In this document: piece after piece, positions 14,213 to 25,700 of the stretch
Numbering within the stretch: the first letter of the stretch is position 1
Layout of the letters: each line of letters opens with the position of its first letter
From: Vicugna vicugna
Taxonomy: Eukaryota
Reading direction: 5' to 3'
NCBI GenBank assembly: GCA_013265495.1
Contig: PNXW01001157.1
Location: forward strand, 1-64,000
DNA: 64,000 nt
Notes under the pieces: model-generated
Seen by the model: the letters and a program-made list of their open reading frames with translations, nothing else
What the model was told of the DNA's origin: nothing
Database searches by the model: none
Translations under genes and position numbers: made by a program

Positions 14213-17040
14213 TTGATTTATAATCATTTTACAATGTTGTGTCAAATTCCAGTGTTCAGCACAATTTTTCAGTCATACATGGGCATATACACACTCATTG
14301 TCACATTTTTTTCTCTGTGATTTATCATAACATTTTGTGTATATTTCCCTGTGCTATACAGACTTGTGGTTACCAGGGAGGGTAGAGGGTGGGAAGAGAT
14401 AGATTGGGATTTCAAAATTGAAAAGAATGTTTATATGCGGTTTGGGGGTAGTGTGATCTGTAAATGCCCGTTAGATCAAGGTGGTCAGCTTCATTTTGTG
14501 ACCTCTTGTTCTGTCAAACATTGTGAAACAGATGTTGAGCTATCCAGCTGTAACTGTGAATTTGCCTCTTCAGTTCTGTTTTGCTTCCTGTCCTGACAGA
14601 CATTTAAGGTTGTCCTGTCATCCTGGTCCATTGACTCCTTTGTTAGTGTGGAATGTCTCTCTCCATCCTCAGTGCTTTCTGAGCTGATATTAGTGTAGTT
14701 ATCCCAGCTTTGTTCTGAGTAGTGTTTTTTGGGGATGTCTTTTTTCCTTCCTTGTACTTTTAACCTGTCTTTAATGTGTTGAATCTGTGTCTGTGTGTGT
14801 GTAGAAAGCATGGAGTTGGGTCTTGTTTTTGTTGTTGTTGCTGTTGCTTTGATCCAGTCTGCCCATCTCTGCCTTTTATTTGCAGATTTTTTTTGAAAAA
14901 AGCCATTTCATATAATGTGATTATGATTTGTTTGGGATTCAAGCTGCCCTTAGTGTGACTAGTTTTCTGTTTGTCCTGTGTGTTCTTTGTGTCTTTTCCC
15001 CTCTTCCCTGCCCTCTTTTGAGTTAAGTTGTTGTTGTTTAAATGAATTTCTTTTGTCTCCACTCTTGGCTTATTAGCTCTGCCTCTGTTGTTTTATAATA
15101 GTTGTTCTAGACTTTGCACATCTCTAACTAACCATAGCCAATCTTCAAATAATACACCAGTTTACCAAGAGTGAATGGTCCTTGAAACAATAAACTGCCA
15201 TTTCTCCCTTCCTATTTAGTCCTCCTTTACTTCTTCATATGTTATGATCCCCCACAATACATTATTGTTAGTGTGCTTTAAATCATCATTATCTTTTATA
15301 AATATTAAAAATGAGAAAAAAATCTTTATATTTACTCCAGTATTGATACTTTCCAGCTCACCATTCCTTTAAATTCACACACCCATCTAGATGGTGTCGT
15401 TTTCTTTTTGCTTGAACTTTCTTTTAACATGTCTTACAGTGCAGCCCTGCTGACAGTGAATCCTCTAAGCTTGTGTTTGCCTGGCATTATACCATCTTCA
15501 CTTGTACTTGGTGTGGAGTTCTAGGGTGCTAGCCTTCCCCTCCCTTGTTAAGGATGCCCCTCCATTGTCTCCTGTCTTACATAGTTTCTGAAAAGCAGTT
15601 TGCTTTCATTCTCTCTGTCTGTGTTCTTTTTAGTCTGTCTTTTTTTCTCTTACTTTTAAATTCAGTTCTTTATCACTAATTTTGATGTGATGTACCTTCA
15701 TGTGCTTTTATTTATATTTATTCTATTTAGGGTTTGTCAAGTTTTCTTGGATCTGTGGGATTACAGTTTTTATCATCCTTTTAAAAAATTTAGCCATTAC
15801 TTAAACAATATTTTTCCTGTTCTCTCCCTCTCTCCCATTCTTGACCCCAATGACATGTGTGTTATACAACTGAATATTGTCCCACCAGTAGCTGATACTT
15901 TGTTAATTTGTATTTCTGTCTTTCTCAGGTCTCTCTGCTTCATTTTGGATAGTTTTTATTGTTGTTTCTTAACATTTTCTGATCTTCTGCAGTGTCTAAT
16001 TTGCTATTAATCCCAACAGTGTGTTTTTTATTTCCAATCTTGTATTTTCCTTTGCTGGAAGTACCACTGGATTGGTTTATTTTGTATCTATCATTTCTCT
16101 GCTTCCTTTTGCTCTACCTTCTTACTACACAGAATATATAATAACTTATTAAAAGCTTGTTAAGACCTAATCACATAGGTGTATAATTTACCCACTTAAA
16201 GTGCATAAATGAATGTCTTTTAGTACATTAACAGAGTTGTGTAACTATACTCACAATCTAAATTTTAGATTATTTTCATCACCCCTCAGAGAAACTCTGT
16301 ACCCATTAGCAGTCACTCCCCATTCTGTCCTCTCCAAACCAAGCAACCACTAATCTACTTTCTGTCTCTATAGATTTGATTATTCAGGACACCGCATATA
16401 AATGGAAGCATATGTGTTCTTTTGTGACTGCTTTTTCTTTCCACTTAGCATAATGATTTCAAGGTTCATCCACATTGTAGCATGTTCAATACTTCATTCA
16501 TTTTCATTGCTGAATAGTATTCCACCATATGGATATACTACATTTTACTCATTTGTCAGTTGATAGACATTTGTACCAGTATAATATTGTTTAATGCTCT
16601 TGTCTCCTAATTCCATTATCTCTTGTCATTTCTGAGTCTGTTTCTATTGATTTTTTTTCCTGCTGGTTATGGGTCTGAATTTCTTCTTCCTTTGCCTGCC
16701 TGATGATTTTTGCTTGGATACCAGACATACATTGTTGGGTGCCAGATTTTGTTGTATTCCTTCAAATAGTGCTGGACTTTGTTCTGGCATGCAGTTAGAT
16801 TACTGGGACTTAGTCGTATCATTTTGAAGCTAGTTTTTAGGCTTTGTTAGGGCGGGTCCAGGACAGCTGTTAGTTTAGAGATGATTTAGCTCCATTCCTG
16901 AGGTGGTGCTCTTCTGAGGATTGTGTCTGATGCCATGTGTATTAGGAATCATTTCCATTCTTGCTGGTGGAGCCATGAACTAGTCCTGGCCCTGTTTGAG
17001 CTCTGGGCTTCTTAGACCAACTGTTCTCTGGTGCTGGTCT
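12380..17040 (-). mobile_element. Old degenerate L1 (L1M-type) tract with nested younger L1 inserts
   Basis: T-rich antisense L1 texture and endonuclease-region remnants such as QDPTPCFL...RLKVQGRKKDI; subfamily and boundaries approximate. Confidence 0.8.
14172..14417 (-). mobile_element. Young L1 3' end with 5' inversion and (TTTA)n tail
   Basis: 17-bp TSD TTGAAAAGAATGTTTAT at 14155-14171 and 14418-14434; minus-strand 3' UTR plus an inverted piece from ~14361. Confidence 0.88.
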
Positions 17041-17049
17041 CCCCAACTT

Positions 17050-17235
17050 AATTTTTTAAAACATCTTTTTATTGAAGTATAGTCAGTTTACAGTGCTGTG
17101 TCAATTTCTGGTGTACAGCACAATGTTTGTCATATAGGAACATGCATACATTCATTTTCATATTCTTTTTCACCATAAGTTACTACAAGATACTGAATAT
17201 ATCTCTCTGTGCTGTATAGTATAAACTTGTTGCTT
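17050..17235 (-). mobile_element. Short L1 3' end
   Basis: TTTTTATTGAAGTATAGTCAGTTTACA... L1 terminus; TSD TCCCCAACTT at 17040-17049 and 17236-17245. Confidence 0.85.
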
Positions 17236-17510
17236 TCCCCAACTTTAGATAGTCTCCTCTTACATGGATCAGGATTCAACCTGACTCTGGGGGACCTCTG
17301 TGCTGCCCTGCCCTCCCAGGGGTGCTGTCCTGCCAAATCTAGCCATCTTCGCCTCTGTGAATGTTGATCTCTACCCCTCAACTCAGTGAAACTGCTTTCC
17401 TCTGAGTTTCCCCTTCTCTGTGCTGTGGCTTGGAAACTGCCTCCTGGCACTAAGTTCAGGCAGTCATCGGGCTTGCTTCCTTTATTTCACTCTTCTCAGG
17501 AATTAAGTTC

Positions 17511-17667
17511 TATGCTCAGTGGTAGAGCATGTGCTTATCAACATGCACAGGTTCTGGGTTCAATCCTCAGTACCTCCATTAAAATAAATAAATAGATTAA
17601 CCTAATTCCCTCCACCCCCTCAAAAAACAAAACAAAACAAAACAACCCAGCAAAAGCCAAACAAAAA
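17511..17667 (+). mobile_element. tRNA-derived SINE (Vic-1-like)
   Basis: GCTCAGTGGTAGAG A-box, GGTTCAATCC B-box, A-rich tail. Confidence 0.85.
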
Positions 17668-17669
17668 CG

Positions 17670-18142
17670 TTTTTTTTTTCAGTTTTATTAGGTAGAATTG
17701 TGACAGTTTGACTGCATATATATAATATATTGCATGTAAATACATATATCAATATACTGCACATATTTTTTGTTAGTTTATGTACTGATTATTGTTTCTA
17801 AGAACAGATTAGAGCTTTAGCTTTTTAAACTCACATAATTATCAAAGGAATAGAGGCAACCATAAAATAAGAATCAACAGAATGGGGTAATCTGATCATA
17901 AAGGACAGTCAGATATGCTTATACACATATTCAAGAAATCAATCATCAAGGTTTAAATAATAAGTAGTTCATTTGTGTTAGCCCCTGTTTTTGGTTTTTT
18001 TTTTAAGATTTCACATATAAGTGATATCATATGGCATTTTTCTTTCTCTTTCTGGCTCACTTCACTGAGAATGATGATCTCAGGTCCATCCATGTTCCTG
18101 CAAGTGGCATAATTTTATCTTTTTTATGGCTGAGTAATATTC

Positions 18143-18182
<40 letters not shown>

Positions 18183-19447
18183 TAATATACCATATCTTCT
18201 TTATCCAGTCATCTGTTGGTAGACATTTGGGTTGTTTCAACGTCTTGGCTATTGTAAACAGTGCTGCTGTGAACATTGGGGTGCATGTGTCTTTTTGAAT
18301 TTTATTTGAATATTGGGGTACATGTGCCTTTTTGAATTTTATATTTCTCTGGGTATATGCCCAGGAGTGGGATTGCTGGATCATACGGTAAGTCTATTTT
18401 TAGTTTTTTAAGGAACATCCATACTGTCCTCCATAGTGGCTACACCAGTCTACACTCTCACCAACAGTGTAAGTGGGTCCCTTTTCTCCACACCCTCTCC
18501 AGCATCTATCATTTGTAGACTTTTTAATGATGGCCATTCTGGCTGGTGTGAGGTGATATCTCATTGTAGTTTTGATCTAATTTCTCTGACAATTAGCAAT
18601 GCTGAGCATTTTTCATGTGCCTATTCACCATTTGTATGTCTTCATTGGAGAATTGCTTGTTTAGGTCTTGTGCCCATTTTTAGATTGGGTTGCTTGTTTT
18701 TTTGATATTAAAATGTATGAGCTATTTGCATATTTTGGAATTTAGTCCCTTGTCGATCACATCATTTGCAAATACTTTCTCCCATTCTGTAGGTTGTCTT
18801 TTTGTTTTGTTGATGGTTTCCTTAGCTGTGCAAAAGCTTTTAAGTTTATTTAGATCCCATTTATTTATTATTGCTTTTATTTCAATTACTTCAGGAACTG
18901 GTTCAAAAAATATATTGCTGTGATTTATGTCTGAGAGTATTCTGCCTGTGTTTTTCTCTAGGAGTTTTATATTTTGTAGTATCTGGTCTTATATTTAAGT
19001 CTTTATCCATTTTGAGTTTATTTTTGTATATGATGTTAGAGAATGTTCTAATTTCTGTCTTTTACTGGTAGCTGTCCAGTTTTACAAGCACTACTTATAG
19101 AAGAGACTGTCTTTTCTCCATTGTATATTCTTGCCTTATCTGTCATAGATTAATTGATGTAAGAGTGTGGGTTTATTTCTGGACTTTCCATCCTGTTTTA
19201 TTGGTCTATGTGTTCTGTTTTTATGCCAGTACCCTACTGTTTGGATTACTGTAGCTTTGTAGTATAGTGTGAAGTCAGGGAGCATGGTTCCCCCAGCTCC
19301 ACTCTTCTTTTTCAAGATTGTTTTGACTATTTGAGGTCTTTTGTGTTTCCATACAAAGTTTAACATTTCTTGTTCCAGCTCTGTGAAGAATGCCATTGGT
19401 AATTTGGTAGGGACTGTATTGAATCTGTATATTGCCTTGTGCAGCAT
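17670..19447 (-). mobile_element. 5'-truncated LINE-1 (~1.8 kb) with internal (TG)n
   Basis: ORF2 peptides KAIYRFN.VPTKLPMAFFTELE and DTCTPMFTAALFTIAK; poly-T at 17670-17679. Confidence 0.95.
18145..18180. repeat. (TG)n microsatellite
   Basis: About 18 uninterrupted TG units. Confidence 0.95.
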
Positions 19448-20487
19448 GATATTGAGGCCATTATTTCTTCAAATATCTTATTTATTACCCCCTACTTTCT
19501 CCTGGTACTCCAGTTTTACATATGTTAGTCTGCTTGAAGTTATCACAGAGCTCACTGTTGTGCTGTTTAATTATTCAGTCTTTTTTCTTTTCTTGTGTTT
19601 CCTTTTGGATAGTTTCTATTATTGTGTCATCATGTTCATTAATCTTTTTTCTGCTGTTTCTAACCTGCTGTTAATACCATCCTGTGCATTTTTCATCTTA
19701 GGCACTGTATTTTTCACATCTAGAGGTTTGGTTTGAATCTTTCTTATATGTTCTGTGTGTTTACTTAGCATGTTTAATGTTCTACCATCATTTACATATG
19801 GAATGTGGTTATAATACCTGTTTGGTGTTCCTTTTGAATAATTCTGTCAAACTTGCTGTTTCTAGTTCAGTTCTTTTTTAGAGTAAAGGGTTTTTTTTTT
19901 AATTGCATAGCATAAGCAAAATTATTGAAGTCAATACATTTTTAAAGAATTTCAGATGTTCTGATTCCTTCTACGGCCCATCACCTAAGTGCAGCCAATA
20001 TTTGAGTCATAATCTTCAGATTAGCCCTTTCAAAGAATTTTTGTCAGCAGTTGTCATATCAGTCAGACCATAATTCTTTTAGTTTGGTTTCTTTATCTCC
20101 AGTGGAACATAGACACAATTCAAAAACTCCTCATCTGTAATCTTTGGGGTCCAGTTTCCTCAAGCAGTTTACTTTAGGACTATTACATGTTTGGGATCAG
20201 AGAAGATGGATCTGCCTGGTTCTGAATTTTAGACAGTCACTAAACATACATTAGGTTCAAATCATATTTACTCCTAAGCTTATCACACCCTGGAACAGTA
20301 CTGATCATTGGGATATGCCAATACCTAAAATAAAAAGTTTGTCAGGTTTTTCATAGTTTATTTAGCAGCTCTGTCTTGTAGTTCTTTCCCACAGATCTGA
20401 CATGTCGTTATGTGAGGACAGGAAACCACACAGTTACCCTGTGTGGCATTTGCAAGGATGTAGTTCTACAGAAAATGCCCCATCGGC

Positions 20488-20757
20488 TTTTCCTTTTTTA
20501 TTTTAAATTGTAGTCTGTTTACAATGTTGCATTGATGCCTGGTGTGCCACATAATAAGTCAGCCATCCATATACGCACATATGTTCATTTTCATATTCTT
20601 TTTCATCATAGGTCACTACAAGACATTGAGTATCATTCCCTCTGCTGTACAGTATAATCCTGTTTACTTTATATGTAAGAGTTAGTATCTGCAATCTTGA
20701 ACTCCCAGTTTATTCCTTCCCACCCCCTCCCCCCTCTGGTAACCATAAGTTTGTTTT
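20488..20757 (-). mobile_element. L1 3' end fragment
   Basis: Same 3' UTR motifs as the other young L1 ends (CCCTCTGGTAACCATAAGTTTGTT). Confidence 0.85.
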
Positions 20758-20799
20758 TAGTTCTGTTTCTATCGACTGATTTTTTGCTTATTTCAGACA

Positions 20800-21150
20800 T
20801 CTTAGCTCTACTGGCCCTAATAAAATAATGTTGAATGGGTGGCTTAAACAAAAGAAACTTACTTTCTCACCATTCTGGATGCTAGAAGTCCAGGTTAAAG
20901 TTCTGGCATAATTTGGTTTCACGTGGCCTTTCCTCAGACTGTGGCTGCAGGGAGAGACAGAGAGATAGAGAGAGCACACAAGTTCTAATGTGTCCTCATC
21001 CTCTTGGAAGGATTCCAGTTCCATCAGATTAGGGCCTTACCTTTAGGACCTCATTTAATACTAATTATTTCCCCAAAGGTCCCAATACTATCACGTTGGA
21101 GATTAAGGCTTTAACAGGAGTATTGGGGAGGCATAATCATTCAGCCCACA
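20800..21150 (-). mobile_element. MaLR LTR (MLT1A/MST-like)
   Basis: GGGTGGCTTAAACAA...TTCTGGATGCTAGAAGTCCAGG...ACCTCATTTAA...CATTCAGCCCACA. Confidence 0.75.
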
Positions 21151-22789
21151 GTATGGGTGCTATTTGTTTTCTTTCTTTGCATTCCTGGTAATTTTTATTA
21201 GAAGTCAGACAGTATGAGCTTTACTTTATTGGGTGCCAGCTATTTTATGTTCTTCACAATATCCTTAAGCTTTGTTCTGGGATGCCGTTAACTCATTTGG
21301 AGACAGTGTGATATTTTTGAAGCTTTCTTTTAAACTCTGTTAGTGCTAGACCAGAGAAACCTTTAGTTCAGGGCTCATTTTGCTCCCCTCCTGGGCAGTA
21401 ACCTGCTTAGTGCTTTATATAATGTTCTGGGGACTGTGAGGTGTTGTTCTCTGGCGAGGGGGAGCGTTTCTGTCCCTGCGTGAGCTCCAGGAATTGTTTC
21501 TTCTGCTCTGCTTAGGTGGCTCTTTCTTTGGTTTTTGGTTGTGTCTTCATTCCTGTGCCCTGATTAGTACCGGGTTCAAGACTCAAGGAGGACCCTTGTG
21601 CAGATTTTTTGGACTTTTTCTCTGTAACACCATCTCCTCTGCAAAACTTTGCTTGGTGAGTTCTGGGTGCCTTGGAGTCCACAGACTCACAAAACCACCT
21701 CCTCAATGAAGGGAGACCACCAGGGTCCATCTGGGTCCCCCCTCCCTGTACTGGGGCTGGGAACGCCCTCCAAGCAGTGAGTCAGGGCAGTGGTCAGGCT
21801 CATTCTCATTTGTTTCTCATCACTCAGGGTCCTAGTCCTGTGCTGCCTGATGTCCAGTGTCTGAAAAATGGTCATATATATATGTATTTTATTTTTTTAA
21901 TTTTTTGCAGGATTTTTTTTTATAGTTTTTTCAAGTGATCCTTGCCTGTTTGAGCATGAAAATTTCTTTTAGAATCAAGGCAAGCTCTTCGTAGTGTTTT
22001 CTTCAGCTTAGTCTCTCCCTATAGAAGATGCTTATGACCTTCGAATGCTGAGACGACTGAACTGAATGAAATACTCCTGCTTATAAGGTCTAATTATGTA
22101 TTAAAAAGGGATGTATTGGCTATTTGTGTATTTGGTCACCTGTTTCTGATAGTTATTAAAAGATAGCTTAATAAATAGTATGTTTGTATATTAATCAAGC
22201 ACTTTTTACATATAGTGCTTCCTAAAGCCACTCATCGTATACCAGTTCATCTCCAGAGCCCTTGAGATGATTTTCCGTGTCAGTTTCCTGTTCCTCTCTG
22301 TTGACAGCCTTACATGTTCATGGTAATCACAACAGATAGTGTTAACTTCAGACACTCATTTATGCATTGTATCACTTTTTAAAAGACTCAAGTAATGTTT
22401 CTGACCCTGTATTCATAATTTTTGGTATTCCCCACAGTGTGATTGCTACAGGAATTTTTTACAGATGGAAATATAATAGAAATTCTAAAAGCTTGTCTCC
22501 AGAAATGGATGTTTTCTTTACTAAAGTCTCTGGAATGCAAATAGGAAATCCTTGCAATGTGAACTTCCATTTCTCAGTTATTAGCCAGATAAAGAGAAAA
22601 TATCTTACTGTGATCTCACTGAGATTAGGCTCACACACCATCCTGAATTTATGAGAGATCACAATGCTAAGTAACAGGATAGTGTATGTATTTAAGAAAC
22701 CAGATAGTGTCTTTTTACATAAATGGGGGGTGGGCATAAACATTTTCTTTCACATGATGTGACAGTGTAATCTTCCTTTTATCTCACAG

Positions 22790-25700
22790 TCTCAGAAGAC
22801 TCAAAAACCTTGAAAGTGGCTGAAGAAACAGAAAATACAGTGAGAGTCACCTGGAAACCAGCACCTGGGAAAGTTGTCAGCTACCGTGTTGTGTATCACC
22901 GCCATGGGGGTGGGAAACACCTGTTGGCCAAAGTGCCACGCACAGTCACCTCCAGTGTTAAAGCGGCTTCAGCCCTGGGCCAAGTATGACATCACAGTTC
23001 TCCCAGTTTATAGGACAGGAGAGGGAAATCTTAGGCAAGGATCAGCTACAACATGTATGAGATGATAATTTTTTTTTGGAAAGTGTGTAATATTTTTAAG
23101 GGAGATTTTAATGCATCTACTTTCTTTGTAAATGTCTGAAATTGATTCTGCAATGAATTGTTATAATGGCTAGATAGGATGCCTAAATAGCACATGATTT
23201 TTACCTATCTAGTTACCTGCTAAAATGATTCCACGTATTAATGTCCTCACACTAATCTAACCTTCTGAGCTGGGAGTACCGTGTACACTCCCATTTGGGC
23301 AGCGCTCTGTTGTGATGATTTTTGTTGGCTATGATGGCCTCCACTTTCTCACTTATAACCCTTTTTATAAACGTGCCTCGAAGTGTTTTGTTTGTGATGA
23401 TTCCTGTGTATCTCACTTAGATATTTTGAATTCACCTTATTATTATAGGGGCTAATAAAAAAATGCCAAAGCCTAGACTTATGAAAAATATGTGAAAATC
23501 TTACTATCTTTACAGTTCCTCAATTTAAGTCACCCAGAATCCTCAGAACTTGTGACTTAACCATGTCAAGCTTCCGGGTGTCCTGGGAGCCTGCGCCCAG
23601 GGAAGTGAAGGGTTGCAAAGTCACATTCCACCCCCAGGGAAGTTGACCGAAGACTCGGGGAGTCAGTGGTTGGATGGAATGACAGCACAGTTGTTTTCAA
23701 AGAACTCAGGTAGGAATGCCTTATATTCAGTTTTGTCAAAGGACGGAATAACTGATGCAAATTAGCAGGCCTTGCACAGATGATCACTTATGTGTCTGTT
23801 TGCCCTTTAGATATTTAAAGTCAGCCACAGCTGCTTTCTCATGCTTGGTGCTGCTGAAGTTGGGGTTCAGAGACTCAAATTTAAGAGTTGTAATTTTTTA
23901 ATGATTTTTGTTGTTAAGTGATCAGGAATGATATGTTTTCTGTAACACCTTGCTTTTAAAAAATTAACATTCATATTGCACAATTTCAACAAAAGCAGCA
24001 TGTCCCCAGCCTTCCTGTGGGAACATGGGGCTTCCTGTGCCCTCTGGACAGGCCCCGGTGCCTGCTGCTGAGATGCCAGGGCGGGCCGCGGGAGAGAGCA
24101 GGCAGGCCTCTGTGCTCCGTGTCAGCTGGCGGGATGGGGGGCTGACGCGAGGTCTCACTTCAGGCTGAGCAGTGGGAAACAAGGAGGTTCGGGTCTGAGT
24201 GGCATCCTGCATTCACTGTGGTAAAAAGAATGGACTCGTCTGCACTGCCTGGTGCAGTTTATCTGTTTAAGCCATTCATTCAACAGTATTGAAATCTCAT
24301 AAATTTCACGTAAATGCTTGCTGCTTCCTTTAATCAGAATAGGGAGTATGGAATTTATTGAGCCTCCTATGGGCCGGCACTGTGCTGCATGCCTTCTGTT
24401 CCCAGGCAGTTACATCTGTATTGTTCTGTTAGAGCCCGTTGCTTAGGAGAAGTAAGAATGCCAGCCCGATGCTCCCCTGACATGCCCAGTGCCCGCTGGG
24501 GGCTCTGCATCTGATGGGAAGCCAGGCAGGGATTGGGCACTGACCCCCAGTTTTCTCCAAATGCCTGCAGGCTAGTCTCCCTTGATACCTCACAGTGTAA
24601 GCTTAGCTAGAACGTGATGGAAATTATTTTCTCCTCTTGCAGTGTTGTGTGCTGTAACTTCCTCTGAGTGAAAGTCTGTAAATCAAGACGAGTGTTTTGA
24701 GTGAAACAAAAAAGTGCTACCGCTCAAGCCTGTCATACGTACAGAAGTTGTATTTACCATTTCAGGGCAGGCCCCAACTATGAAGGAGACGTGTATGGAA
24801 TGTTTGATGGAGGAGAAAGTTTACCACTTATTGGACAAGAAAGTAATGCCAGTTTTATCCTCTGGTAAGAAACTGAGTTGCAATCCCCTAGGAAAACTCA
24901 TTATTATAAAGCTTTTTCAAATGTGAATTGTTAGGTTAACCGTACAGTGACAATCAACTATTAAAGTTTTACACTAAAATTTACTTAAATAATTTTATAT
25001 ACTTACACATTTTTTCAAACATCCAGCTAAGCACACTTTTGCCAACATTTTTAAGGCTTTTGTCAGCACTGCATTAGTTACATAGGACTATATGATTTAA
25101 AGTTGAGTGTTTACAAATGGTAAATAATGTAGATTTTCTCTCTTTGTAGTGACTAAAATGTGGTTTTATTTTGTTAAAGTGACTAGAAATGATTTACTTG
25201 GGCTGAGCAAGCAGCCTTGGGTTACAGAAATAGGGCAGCAGCTCTGACTTGGGATGCACAGTGGTAAAAAAATGGCGTAGACTTTTCTCCTTGTGCCACA
25301 ATTACAGCTGTGAAATACTTGAAGCTAGTTTTGAACAGTCTTAGAGGTGGGAGAGGTGAGTAGAGTTTCCTTCTAAATATTTTCCATCATTTGCTAATAA
25401 AGAGAAGATGTGGGCAGAGCCGGAGCAGACGTGGAAAGGTGCAGGTGCTGGGAATAGTGCTTGGGAAGCCTCACTCCTGCCTTACTGGCCAGGACATGAG
25501 TGACGCCTTTGCAGTGTGATGAGCATCACTGAATTTTCCTCAGTGAGGTTTTTTCTTTTCCTTTTTTTGTAATATAAAAATCAGATACTAATAACATGGC
25601 AAGAAGTTGAAAAATTCATAGCTGGTAACATAAGCTTCTGGAAAAGAGAGCATTTGAAAACATGGATGACATAAATGACAGTGTCAGCTTTCTACTTTTC

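Noticed and set aside
21973..22088. Possible exon just upstream of the COL12A1 block
   Set aside because: Stops in all three frames and no match to the collagen XII sequence I recall
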